Positions 1-12,199 are shown, counted from the first letter of the stretch. The stretch is 64,000 nucleotides of DNA from Octopus vulgaris (GCA_951406725.2 OX597816.1:164734001-164798000), one strand, 5' to 3'. The notes: generated by a model not told the origin, from the letters alone. Translations and numbers: made by a program.

Positions 1-217
1 ACGGTCATAATAAGAGCAAAACAGTCGTTTCATGAAACAACCTTCCAATTATAAATAAATAAACGTAGACACGCCAGCATGGAATAACTGTATAAATTAT
101 AGCAAATATTCTTTCAAATATGACCTACTTCTTCCTCTAAACTTAAGTTCACGTCTGGGTCGATATTTTTCATTGCTCGTTCCGGTTTTTACCCTCAAAT
201 AACATATTGTTACAGTA

Positions 218-454
218 TTCTTCTTCTTCTTCTTCTTCTTCTTCTTCTTCTTCTTCTTCTTCTTCTTCTTCTTCTTCTTCTTCTTCTTCTTCTTCTTCTT
301 CTTCTTCTTCTTCTTCTTCTTCTTCTTCTTCTTCTTCTTCTTCTTCTTTTTCTTCTTCTTCTTCTTCTTCTTCTTCTTCTTCTTCTTCTTCTTCTCCTTC
401 TTCTTCTCCTCCTCCTCCTCCCCTCCTTCTCCTCCTCCTCCTCCTCCTTCTTCT

Positions 455-526
<72 letters not shown>

Positions 527-530
527 TTCA
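218..530. repeat. Compound microsatellite (TTC)n-(CCT)n-(ATC)n
   Basis: Directly visible trinucleotide runs; they explain the poly-S/K/E/D ORFs. Confidence 0.98.
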
Positions 531-870
531 TTATTGAGTGAGAGAGTAGTGCATGCCATCAAAGTGACACTGGGGTAAAATATACGAAGCCCAATCTACC
601 CATCATGACTATCCGTCTGATAAGGGTACACCAGGTACATGCATCACAAACATATGTGCGCGACATGCTGATCTCGTATCAAGATAAACAGCGCATGACC
701 TTTACAGGTGGGGGTCCAGTTAGAATTTTCTTCAGATCGAGTAGCCCATCCCGCTCAAAAGGTCCCTGAATAAGGGTTGTTTAAGGATGATGAAACACCC
801 ATGTTTTCAGAGGTGAATTATCCAAACTCCAAAGAATTCCTCTCAACACATGGCTATGATGCTTCCCCAT
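531..870 (-). mobile_element. Probable non-autonomous retroposon ending in an (AAT/GAT)n tail
   Basis: Complex ~340-bp block whose minus-strand end runs into the (GAT)n tract. Family not identified. Confidence 0.35.
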
Positions 871-872
871 TA

Positions 873-1632
873 TTACCTCCGCCTTAGCAAAGGCGGAAGT
901 ATTGTTTTCAGTCGTGTTTGTTTGTTTGTTTGTCCGTGGACAAGATATCTCAAGAACCACAGAATGGATTCGGATGAAACTTTCAGGGATGTTTGGCCTT
1001 GTGACTGGCACTAACTGATTAGACTTTGGGTACCGGAAAAGGATTCTGGATTATTTTTCCTGTTCTTTTACTTAACTTTTGAGAGAGGTCATGTTCATTT
1101 TTAGTATTCTCGTTTGCGAGAACAGTCGAGTTTATTTCAGATATTCTCATTTTAAAAATAGTCTCTGGATAATCGTTAGGAGGACGTTGGTGTTGTCTTG
1201 ACGGAGGAGGCGCAATGGCCCAGTGGTTAGGGCAGCGGACTTGCGGTCGTAGGATCGCGGTTTCGATTCCCAGACCGGGCGTTGTGAGTGTTTATTGAGC
1301 GAAAACACCTAAAGCTCCACGATGCTCCGGCAGGGATGGTGGTGATCCCTGCTGTACTCTTTCACCACAACTTTCTCTCACTCTTACTTCCTGTTTCTGT
1401 TGTACATGTATTTCAAAGGGCCGGCCTTGTCACTCTCTGTGTCACGCTGAATATCCCCGAGAACTACGTTAAGGGTACACGTGTCTGTGGAGTGCTCAGC
1501 CACTTACACGTTAATTTCACGAGAAGGCTGTTCCGTTGATCGGATCAACCAGAACCCTCGTCGTCGTAACCGACGGAGTGCTTCCATCCATGTCTTGACG
1601 GAGGTTTGCGCTCTGTGAGTGGTTTTGTTACT
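873..1632 (+). mobile_element. Helentron-associated (DINE-1/HINE-like) non-autonomous element, interrupted by a SINE
   Basis: 5' TACCTCCGCC...GGCGGAAGTA inverted repeat, internal (GTTT)n, 3' subterminal GACGGAGGT followed by a GCGCTC-TGT-GAGTG stem-loop. Confidence 0.6.
1208..1590 (+). mobile_element. tRNA-derived SINE, family A, with 14-bp target-site duplication
   Basis: A box TGGCCCAGTGG and B-box-like GTTTCGATTCC. TGTCTTGACGGAGG is duplicated at 1194-1207 and 1591-1604. Near-identical to 23791-24174 and 28418-28795. Confidence 0.9.
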
Positions 1633-2344
1633 ATCACCATTATTACTAGTGCGGCCAGCTGACAGAATAGTTTTTTCTCGCCGAAAGAAATGCTTAACGG
1701 GACATTCCATTCCATTCCAATCACCTTCAACTGTTTGTCTATATCATATTACTCAGTCTCGAATGCATCAATTGAAGTGTCTCCCTTTAAACGATATAAA
1801 GACTAGTTGTTTTTGTGTCGCATCTCTTCCTTTGATATTGCACTCCATGTCTTGGGCCCTTGTGGCTCATAAAAAAATCATTATTATAATTATGGAAGAC
1901 GTCGCACAGTATCCAATATTGTGCTGTAGATTGAAGATATTGTGTTGTTATTAATGTTATTTTGCTGTAATTCATCAATATTCCGAGATATCACCGTCTT
2001 CACTGCAATTATTGTTTGTGCAGTAAGTGGACAAATGAGCAATGCAAATTTTATTAATTCTTTTGTGTACCCTTTGTGTTATTGCGCAACCGGCATTTGT
2101 TACGCAAGTTCAAAGACTCCACTATAAATAGTACACACACACACACACACACACACTTCTATTTGAGGAATGCGATTTTAACAACAATTTAATGGACTGA
2201 CACCAAAAAGAAATGCTTGTGTGTGTGTATATATATATATATATGCAATAAAGGGTGGAATATAATTAATTTAATAAAATTAATCAATTTCACCTAGTAG
2301 ATTTATCGGTATGGAAAAGACCATTTTTGGTAAGGGTTATAATA

Positions 2345-2452
2345 ATTATAATTAAGGGTTAATTGCAACAAGTTGCTCAAAACCACATACCGAAAATATT
2401 ATCTAATATTTTCGGTATGTGGTTTTGGACAACTTGTTGCAATTAACCCTTA

Positions 2453-2460
<8 letters not shown>
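2345..2460. repeat. Near-perfect 116-bp palindrome
   Basis: 57-bp arms centred on 2402/2403 with two mismatches (GCTCAAAA vs TTTTGGAC). Confidence 0.95.
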
Positions 2461-2505
<45 letters not shown>

Positions 2506-2614
2506 TGTATGTCTAACAACGATTTGGAGTAGGTTGTTACATCCGGTTACTTCAGCAATCTAACTGCAGATTTGCTGTTGATGTTTTGCCATCTTCTATG
2601 GACTTGCTGTTTTC

Positions 2615-2649
2615 TTTTCCGACGAAAAGACATGCTCGAAACGTCAAAA
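2615..2649 (+). ncRNA. Degenerate minimal type I hammerhead-like motif
   Basis: TTTT-CCGACGA-AAAG-ACATG-CTC-GAAA-CG-TC-AAAA: core order conserved, stems weak. Confidence 0.35.
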
Positions 2650-2759
2650 ATTCTCTCTTCTTACCGAACGTCCGGTAAGAAGACGGATAAACATCAACAG
2701 CGCGCACGTCCTCTTGTTTTTTGTCATTGTTATTTTTAATGCTGGTTTACTGAATTTGA

Positions 2760-2804
<45 letters not shown>

Positions 2805-2900
2805 CACACACAGACACACACACACATATATATGACCACAATCTGATGACTGAAACAGACAAAAGATAATATGTATATATGTGTGTGTGTCATACATACA

Positions 2901-2971
<71 letters not shown>

Positions 2972-3009
2972 TTATTTATTTATTTATTTATATATATGCA
3001 TATGTGGCC

Positions 3010-3300
3010 ACAGGACGTCATGAAACGTATACAAAAAAATACGAAGTACGAGTACATGGAATATGAACTAGTATTTCGAACACCGAAATACACAAATGGA
3101 AAACAAGACAAACAACACAAAGAACGACCCTTCATCAGTTGTTGGCTGTTTTTCTATTCTTGTATTTCGAGCATTTAACAACAATATACGCTTTCGATAA
3201 AACAGTTGCTCCAGCAAACCAAATTAAATAAAATTTGGGGTTTTGCGGAGGGTCAATATTGGTAACACAGACAGGACATTGGAAACAAACAGGAAGGCTG
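3010..3300 (-). mobile_element. Penelope-like repeat fragment (related to 28930-29190, 30115-31025, 44345-44925)
   Basis: Shares AACTGATGAAGGGTCGTTCT with 28977 and TTTATTTAATTTG with 30700; embedded in (TA)n. Confidence 0.5.
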
Positions 3301-3387
<87 letters not shown>

Positions 3388-4044
3388 AAGAAAGAGAGAG
3401 AAAGAGAGTGATAGAGAGAATGACATACATACATACATATACTCCTTTAACATGTAGGTATCTATGTGACACTAGTTTTGACCTGACGACCGGCAGGCAG
3501 TCTACTGCAATATAATCGTTACCGTGATTGCCAGTCAAGCGAGATATCTGAGGTTCAATTCTTACCAGTCAGCTTCCAAAATTAATGTTTATAGTGTATT
3601 ATATCAACTGCATTAAAAATCTTAGCGCTTAATTCCTGTTTCCTTATTAATATATTTCCACATGGAAAAACACTTCCCAAAACATTCAGAGCCAATGTAG
3701 GTCATCCATATGTACTTTGTTAATGTCAAAGAGGAAATTGATGTCGGCACTAATGGTACTGTAAGTAATTACTTCTCTTTAGGAGGTATTCAGTTGAAAT
3801 AACAAACTTCTTATATTTTTATGATTAATTGACGAATATATGTTTACAGCTGGTTGAGTCATTAGTGTGTCAGCATATTGTGTGTGTGTGTGTAGATGTG
3901 GGTTCATATTCATATCCGTGTGTGACTGTGTGGTTGTGTGGTTGTGTCAATACTCGAGACGTTAACGTTCTTTGACCGAGACTATTGGTGGTCTCTGTGA
4001 GACAGAGCGAAGGACAGACCAATAGACAAACAGGTAGACAGACA

Positions 4045-4139
<95 letters not shown>

Positions 4140-4219
4140 ATTATTTGAGGGAATATTATTCCTAACTTACAGGGAAAAAATTCAATTTAGAAATACTAAA
4201 TCAAATTTCACAAAATATA

Positions 4220-4275
<56 letters not shown>

Positions 4276-4467
4276 TAGAAAAAAACCCACCTTTTATCAA
4301 TTCAAAATGAACAATTAAATTACACCATCTAGAAAATTACATATAATAGAAATATTGAAATTGAATTAACAATAATATACCGATTATTAAGTAAATCGCA
4401 AAATAATAATAAAATGTATATATTTGGTAGAATATATATATATATAGATAGATCGATAAAGAGCGAA

Positions 4468-4521
<54 letters not shown>

Positions 4522-4948
4522 AGACAAACATATAACTTATAAATAACAAACTATAATGTATGTTTGTGTTATATATAAACCTACACTGGAAGTAGAGATA
4601 GACAGATAGACAGGCAGCTGGATAAATAAATATGGACACACACACACACACACTCACTACTTGTATATAGTCATAGAATGACTATTCAGTTCGAACTCGG
4701 TTCGATTCAGGCACGTGATGTTGATAAGTCACAAAAATGGCGAAATATCGATATCCACCACTCCTGGGTGAGACTGGAGACGAGTTGTCTCGCTTGTCTA
4801 TGAGTTGCAGGTGTTTTAACACCCAGTGATATGAAGGAGTCATCTCCAAAGATATAAGACGCAACGAAACGGTGACAAGAAAAACACAGATTATGGTCGG
4901 TCGATAAAGTTTACAACACTAGTGATGCTTTTAATTCGTAATTGAATA

Positions 4949-5006
<58 letters not shown>

Positions 5007-5182
5007 ACCAATACACGCCACGCACACACACAGAGACAAACACACACACATACACACACACACGCCACACACACACACGTCATAGTAACTAACAATCTTG
5101 TATGAGATATACCTCGTCATTTAAAGTGAAAATAGATAAACAGATAGAGAGATAGAAAGATAGATTGATAGATAGATATATT

Positions 5183-5247
<65 letters not shown>

Positions 5248-5654
5248 AGGCATATATAAATCTTAGTTTGTCAAAAATGCCATTGTGTTGAAAAGTATAA
5301 TAGAGTTGTAAAGCTATAATAAACAATTTCTTGATTTAAAACAATAATCCCTTCTATTTTTTATGCCCCTACGGCTTATTAAAAAGTATTTAAAGAATCT
5401 TATTTTTATGTTGAGGTAAAAAAAGAAAAGAAAACCCGCTTATAATTCAGCCCCTTAATGCTTAAAATCGTTTATCAGTTCCTTGTACAGCTACATAGAT
5501 CCCTATGGTCAATACAGAATACTTTCTCGACCTCTAGTCTAAACAAGTTATTTTTTCATTTAAGGTTTAATTAAAATAAAGCAGAAATTTTTCGATTTTT
5601 CCACAAGTTTGGTAATGCTATTTTATGGCACTGCGAAGTGTAAACGAACCCGTT

Positions 5655-5958
5655 GTTGTTAGTTCCTTCTCGAGCCACGCTTGGCTCATAAGGGCCGGTT
5701 TCCCGGTTTCCTCGGCGTATAGGTTCCCCACCTGAGACGGGACGCCGGTCCGTCGCAGGTGAGCTGCAAGATGCAGGCGGAAAAAGTGAGAGAAAGTTGT
5801 GGCGAAAGAGTCAGCAGAAGTTCGCCATTACCTTCTGCCGGAGCCACGTGGAGCTTAGGTGTTTCTCTCATAAACACACACATCGCCCAGTCTGAGATTC
5901 AAACCCGTGATCCCTGGACCGCGAGTCCGCTGCTCTAACCACTAGGCCCTTTGCCTCC
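5655..5958 (-). mobile_element. tRNA-derived SINE, family A variant (extra head fragment at 6030-6103)
   Basis: Minus-strand head GGCCTAGTGGTTAGAGCAGCGGACTCGCGG; near-identical to 54770-55076. Confidence 0.88.
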
Positions 5959-6346
5959 ATCCTATGAGTGATAGAGCATATGAAATAATATTTGCATATA
6001 ATCCATTTATATTCTTCTCTTCCAGTATATCCGGTCTGAGATTCGAACACGCGATCCCTCGACCGCGAACCCGCTGCTTTAACCACTAGGCCATATGCCT
6101 CCACAAACAAACCCGTAATCATGTTGAATCGAAGCGAACTTGCTTACCTCATAGCTATGTCTACGCGCATAACATCACATGAAGACATCTTGGATGCTGT
6201 ATCATCATTTGGTATCAATAAGACCTGGGCCATACAGTAACATTGATTCTTGTTGGAATCTTTATTAAAATTATTGATTCTCTTTGATTAGCCTCCTGGC
6301 CATTGTAAAGCAAAAATGTGTTAATTCACATATCACATAGCAGCCA

Positions 6347-6421
6347 TGTTGTTGTTGCTGTTCATGTGCTGCTACTGTCGTTGTTGTTATTACTGTTGCT
6401 GCTGCTGTTGTTGTTGTTGTT

Positions 6422-6452
<31 letters not shown>

Positions 6453-6464
6453 TTATTGTTGTTG

Positions 6465-6496
<32 letters not shown>

Positions 6497-6535
6497 GGTG
6501 GTGGTGGTGGTGGTGTGGTGGTGTTGGTGGTGGTG
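6347..6535. repeat. (GTT/GCT)n-(GGT)n microsatellite
   Basis: Visible trinucleotide runs. Confidence 0.95.
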
Positions 6536-7276
6536 TTATCGTTTAGCTTCGAGCCGGAATTGATCTTTTGAGATAGGAGATCAAAGATATTCTAACCACG
6601 CCAGAGCGTCTTTTATGCAGTCACAGTATATCTAGGACTATATTATTCAATGTATTCTACTGTCTTATGGTGGTGGTGGTGGTGGTGGGAGGAGTGGTAG
6701 TGATGGTGGTGGTGGTGGTGGTGGTGGTGATTCTTGTTTAGCTTCAGGCTTGGATTGTTCTCTCAGATATAAAATCAAAGACATTCAAGTCACGGTCAGA
6801 GCGTCTGTTTATGCAGTCACAGTCTATCTAGGACTACATGATTCAGTGATTTCTACTATATATTTCTTAAAGAATGTAAGCTGTGACTTCAGTAAGAGTT
6901 TAGCTTCTGTTTAGTTTTCTTGTAGGTAGAGCAGTTTTATGTCTTATGGAACCAGGAGGGGTTTAGCTCATCTAGTTTCAAAAACAACAAATTAACAGAA
7001 ATGAAGGTTAAATAAACAACCAACAATCAAACAAAACAAACAAACAAACAATCGCTCCAAGAATAATACTATAGCTTTGTTTTATACAAACGAACGTAAC
7101 ACAAAAACACATTTTCCTGTATTTTGTAATTAACCGTTTTAATTGAAACATGTTATTCGTTTGGAGTTGCTATTGTTTCTGCGATAGTTAAACATCCCTA
7201 AGAGAATATGTGTGTGTCTGTCTGTTTGTCTGTCTGTCTCTATGTATTTATGACTGCATGTATATATGATTGTATC

Positions 7277-7660
7277 TGTGTATGTATGTATGTATGTATG
7301 TATGTATGTATGTATGTATGTATGTATGTATGTATGTATGTATGTATGTATGTATGCATGCATGCATGCATGTATGTATGTATGTATGTATGTATGTATG
7401 TATGTATGTATGTATGTATGTATGTATGTATGTATGTATGTATGTATGTATGTATGTATGTATACACGCCTGTATGTACGTATGTATGTATGTATGTATG
7501 TATGTATGTATGTATGTATGTATGTATGTATGCATGCATGCATGTATGTATGTATGTATGTATGTATGTATGTATGTATGTATGTATGTATATATGTATG
7601 TATGTATGTATACACGCCTGTATGTACGTACGTATGTATGTATGTATGTATGTATGTATG

Positions 7661-7691
<31 letters not shown>

Positions 7692-7716
7692 GTATGTATG
7701 TATGTATGTTTGTATG
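7277..7716. repeat. Long (TATG)n microsatellite with recurring interruptions
   Basis: Visible tetranucleotide run; the TACACGCCTG and TGCATGCA interruptions recur. Confidence 0.97.
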
Positions 7717-7949
7717 TCATTATTCAGTTTTATTTCAAGATTTGCTGCCAATAGAGAAAGAGCTGATTTGAAGACTAAAGATGCAATCCAACACAGGAAC
7801 TGTAAATATCTGTGAAACTTTCCAGAAATTTATCATTTAAATATGCAACTAGATATGCAGCTATATGCACGAGAATACATACACAAAACAAGACATAAAA
7901 ATGTGCACACATACATAAATGCATAATTACGTACATACTTACATACAGA

Positions 7950-8340
7950 AATACCCTGTTGTTGATGTTGAAATTCCAATAAAGGACCCTTGGATCTAGG
8001 TTAGAAACCGGCTCTTTCTCTCTTGGCAAGAAATCTTAAAATAAACTGAATAATGATATACATGCATAAATGCATACATACATACATACATACATACATA
8101 CATACATACATACATACATACATACATACATACATACATACGTACATACATACATACACGCACACATACATACATACATACATACATACATACATACATA
8201 CATACATACATACATACATACATACAAAAATACCCTGTTGCTGATGTTGAAATTCCAATGAAGGAGCCTTAGATCTAGGTTAGAAATTGGCTTTCTTTAT
8301 TGGCAAGAAATCTTGAAATAAAACAGAACAATGATATACA
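7950..8340 (+). repeat. Two tandem ~110-bp units separated by (CATA)n, with an inverted partial copy at 7717-7768
   Basis: ATACCCTGTTG...GATCTAGGTTAGAAA...TTGGCAAGAAATCTT is repeated at ~7950 and ~8230. Confidence 0.85.
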
Positions 8341-8489
8341 TACACACATATTAAGTTTCTGGGGTTCATATACTTCTCTTATAGTGACATATAAGGGCTT
8401 CGTATTGTGAAAATCAGCAAGGGCCTCACTTTCGTGGGCCCAGTAATCTCACTATAACAATCTATATATAAAAAATATTACAATTCCTT

Positions 8490-8700
8490 TTGTAGCAAAG
8501 GTATCCATGTCTTTGTGCCATAAGTTGCCGTGTACCTCTTCTGTTGAGAGCGGCTTGGTGGTATTTATATTTTTTGGATAACAGCTGTTCTTTCTTTACA
8601 TCATTTTCATCAAACCAGCTCAGCGTGCTTGCATTTGGGAAAGCCTAATAAAAGTCCCTGCTGTTTTGTTGATTGTCTCACGCAACTGTGCGCAGTAAGC
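8490..8700 (-). pseudogene. RTE-clade LINE ORF fragment
   Basis: Minus strand translates to SWFDENDVKKEQLLSKKYKYHQAAL, resembling the WFDEND motif between the endonuclease and RT domains of RTE/BovB elements. Confidence 0.55.
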
Positions 8701-8848
8701 ATTGGTTGTTGCAGTATCAGCTGCTGCACGGTCAGTTAGTGCAGTGTCAACTAGTGCATGGTCAGGTATTTAAAAAAAAATTATTTAAAGTTTGTCTTCT
8801 CTGAAAATGCACATTACATTTCAGGATTTTTTACTTTGCCGACAACCG

Positions 8849-9169
8849 TTTGATGTATACCGGGTGGGGCATTATGTCAATAATGAACATACACATTGAT
8901 TCTATTTCATTTCTTTATTTCTATTAGTCAATAAGTTAATCATGTAACGATTTAGCTAATCGATTGCTTGATTAATCACTCGGTCAGTCAATCGACCAGC
9001 TAAGTTTGTTATACTTAGCTGATGGATAAAGTGACTGCACCATTAATCAAATACGTGATTAGTTAATTGATTAAATGGTCAATAAATTGACTAATTAAAA
9101 TAAAGAAGTAAAATAGAACCAGTGCTTGTGTTTATTCTTGACATAATTACCACCCCGAGATACAACAAA
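8849..9169. repeat. Diverged 321-bp foldback (MITE-like)
   Basis: The arms align end to end around the central hairpin CAGCTAAGT-TTGTTAT-ACTTAGCTG (8997-9021). Confidence 0.85.
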
Positions 9170-9244
9170 ATCTGTTTCAACATACGAATTCACGTAAAAT
9201 ATTTTGCAGACTAGACACTAAAATGAGTTCCAATCTATCATCCT

Positions 9245-9425
9245 TGAGACAGAATCAGGGAAACTTCCTGCCGCTGACAATATTCTATGGAAATCATTAA
9301 GTATAATGAGAAGGAGTTATACTTGAGACTTTTCTAATTCTTCAGAGAATGTTGACAATTTCCTGATACAGTTGGGTGATATTCAGATGGTTACCATTTA
9401 CAAGAAGACTGGAAATTGCTGAATA
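9245..9425 (+). pseudogene. LINE (RTE-like) RT N-terminal fragment
   Basis: Translates to ESGKLPAADNIL and DIQMVTIYKKTGNC, resembling the GKAPGxDxI and IVTIYKKGD motifs. A possible continuation (SIAEK) lies at ~10021, after the palindrome. Confidence 0.45.
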
Positions 9426-9603
9426 ATTTTCTTTTTTTCGTGACGTATATTTGCCATTTAAATATGGCTAACTCCTAAGGGTGGATGCTACTGTAGTTTG
9501 TAACCCCAGGAGAACACCTCCTCCAGCTGGCTATAGACACACTTTCTGTGCCTGATCAGTATTTGCAAAGGGAAGCCATCCTTCCCGTCTCCAACTTATG
9601 ATA

Positions 9604-9648
9604 CACACGGACTCGAGTTTCTGGGTATTGACCCGTCATCGGCGTGTG
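9604..9648 (-). ncRNA. Minimal type I hammerhead ribozyme-like motif (left arm)
   Basis: CACACG-CCGAUGA-C-GGG-UCAAUA-CCC-A-GAAA-CUCGAG-UC-CGUGUG: 6-bp stem I, palindromic stem III, GUC site, U4C change in the core. Confidence 0.7.
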
Positions 9649-9778
9649 ACAATCACAGTTGTCGATGAAAAGTAGGTTCCCTTCACAAATACATATACAT
9701 ATACAGTGTCTTTACGATACTGGAAAAAGTATATGTATTTGCGAAGGGAACCTACTTTTCATCGACAACTGTGATTGT

Positions 9779-9823
9779 CACACGCCGATGACGGGTCAAT
9801 ACTCAGAAACTCGAGTCCGTGTG
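9779..9823 (+). ncRNA. Minimal type I hammerhead ribozyme-like motif (right arm)
   Basis: Mirror copy; stem II is GGG/CUC with a G-U wobble. Confidence 0.68.
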
Positions 9824-10223
9824 TATCATAAGTTGGAGACGGGAAGGATGGCTTCCCTTTGCAAATACTGATGCAAATACTGGAGGAGGTGTCCTCCTGG
9901 GGCTACAACCTACAGTAGCATCCACCCTTAGGTGTTAGCCATATTTAAATGGCAAATATACGTCACGATGTGTTGCAGCTACTGTTTATAACTCGCTCTA
10001 AGATTTATTATTTCGTTTTTTCAATTGCAGAGAAAGGTATACTATAACCAACACCCAAGGGCGTGTCTAGAAGCACCAACGAAATAGGTGGGACGTTCGA
10101 GTTCTGGAACTCGAGCCTCCTACTGTCGTGATGGTGAATCAGCCGCAAAATTTATTGAAGAATCACAAATATTTGGTCTGTAGCAACAGCCTGCATGCTG
10201 AGATGGTTTGCCGCTAGAGTCTG

Positions 10224-10454
10224 GTGGAGGTGCGTGGCTTAGTGGTTAGAGTGTTGGACTCATGATCGTAAGATTGTGGTTTCGATTCCTCGACCGGGAC
10301 TTCATTTTACGTTGCTCAGTCCACTCAGCTAGCAAAAATTAATAATCCTGCGACGCACTGGCCTCCTGTCCAGGGAGTAGTATATGCGTCTCGAAAGCGG
10401 AAACCGACCCTACGAGTTTATATGGCTTGGGAAGAGTCTTTATCTTTTTTCCTA
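10224..10454 (+). mobile_element. tRNA-derived SINE (family A-related) with TAGAGTCTG target-site duplication
   Basis: A box TGGCTTAGTGG and B box GTTTCGATTCC; flanking 9-bp direct repeat. Confidence 0.8.
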
Positions 10455-10869
10455 TAGAGTCTGTAGTGGCCGTTTTCGGGAACCTCAACGATCGACTGTA
10501 GAAATAACGAGACATTAAACTAGCAACGAAATGCAACGTGTTACGTAATGTGTTTCCCAAGAAATTCCTCCTCGTGAAATTGGTTATAATGTTGTAAAGT
10601 GGGTTCCACCCACTGGTGTGATGTGTGACTGCCATTGTACTGTAGTTGCTGTTTTACACTAGTATCCACAATAGTTACTACTTATCGAATACCTTTGTAT
10701 CTCTTCGTACCGGAATAGCAATACACTAACTTCTGTCTTACTATCGCTGATAGCTCCACAAGACACCGACTAGAACTGTCGACTCTCAACTCTTCGACTC
10801 TCAACCCTCTATTGACGACCGGCTACTGGTCTATTTACCGGGTGTGGTATACAGTTTCACTATACAACA

Positions 10870-11270
10870 GTGAGTGAAGAATGCACAGAACTATAACCAG
10901 TTTTCGGATAGCACAGCTCTCTTCCCCGGGTACCATGCATTGGTCGAGACGAATAGGAAATAACAACTGTCAGGTTTTACACCAGTGTCCCTCTCTTAGA
11001 TAGATGTTCTGACAAAAACTAGAGTGCATCACACCCCGGCGGTCTTGCAGCACGCTCATTCATCATCAACTTACTCCCATGTCCCCTGCGTAATTGCTAG
11101 AAATTAGGTTCATCCGTCCTTTGCGCAGGTGTTTCTTTTGTCCCTTTGTCGTGGGTTTTTAGGAATCCTCTTTGGCAGCAGCAGCGAATAGGGTGGAGGT
11201 GGGGGACGGTTTGGTCGCTGACGGTACGACCACGCAACAGGCTGTGTTGGATGACATGATACTATTAGCA
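10870..11270 (-). mobile_element. RTE 5'-UTR-derived element (related to 29465-30112)
   Basis: Minus-strand CCTGTTGCGTGGTCGTACCGTCAGCGACCAAACCG matches CCTGTTGCATGGTCGGGCCGTCGGCGACTAAACCG at ~29490. Confidence 0.5.
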
Positions 11271-11318
11271 TTCGTGACCGACCTGACACACTTCCTTCAC
11301 ACAAACACGTAACACACA

Positions 11319-11389
<71 letters not shown>

Positions 11390-11545
11390 GCGCAAACACT
11401 CACATACACACACAAACACTCATACACACATGCATGTATTAAATATGTGTTTGTATGTGGGCATCTATGTACGTGTGCGTATACATGTATATGTGTGTGT
11501 CTGTATGTATGTCTGTATATATATGTGTCTGTGTTTGTCTGTCTG

Positions 11546-11608
<63 letters not shown>

Positions 11609-11671
11609 GCCTGCCTGTCTGTCTGTCTGTCTGTTTAACTCTCTCTTTCACACTACACACACACGCGCACA

Positions 11672-11706
<35 letters not shown>

Positions 11707-11774
11707 ACACACACATAAAATCCCACTCACATGCATATATTAGTGTGTGTGTGGGAGTATGAATATACTGTGTT

Positions 11775-11839
<65 letters not shown>

Positions 11840-12199
11840 TGTGTGGGCGCATGAATACACTGTGTTGTGTGTATGTGTGTGTGACATTCTTTAGTCTGCG
11901 CAAACGCCCTGAAGGAAGTTCTTTCCAAGGTCTCCAGTGGGTGGTTTACTGTATTCAACATTAACCTGAATGACACCTTTCAGTATTGAATGAGATGAAA
12001 GAGATTAAATAGAAATTAGGTCAGATTTGAAAACCTTACGGGACCTTATCGTTAATTTGCTGATACAAAACAAATACTGCGTTTGTTGGAGGTGTCCGTC
12101 TTTTCCTTCCTCTCTTTCACGAAATCGCGCGTTTATATATTTCTCTCTCTCTCTCTGTCTCTGTATCTCTCTCTCTCTCTCTCTCTCACTCTCTCTCCC

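Larger units (their letters stand above)
9438..9968. repeat. 531-bp palindrome (inverted Penelope pseudo-LTR-like)
   Basis: Arms 9438-9698 and 9729-9968 are nearly identical apart from a few substitutions and one indel region; 30-bp spacer. Confidence 0.95.

Noticed and set aside
1208-1280. SINE heads as functional tRNA genes (also 18604, 23791, 27452 and others)
   Set aside because: No closed acceptor stem; they continue into shared SINE bodies, some with target-site duplications.
2843-2860. CTGATGACTGAAAC hammerhead core
   Set aside because: No room for stem II; it matches the SINE family C tail ATGACTGAAAC.
10538-10869. Solo LTR (TG...CA)
   Set aside because: No target-site duplication or partner LTR found.
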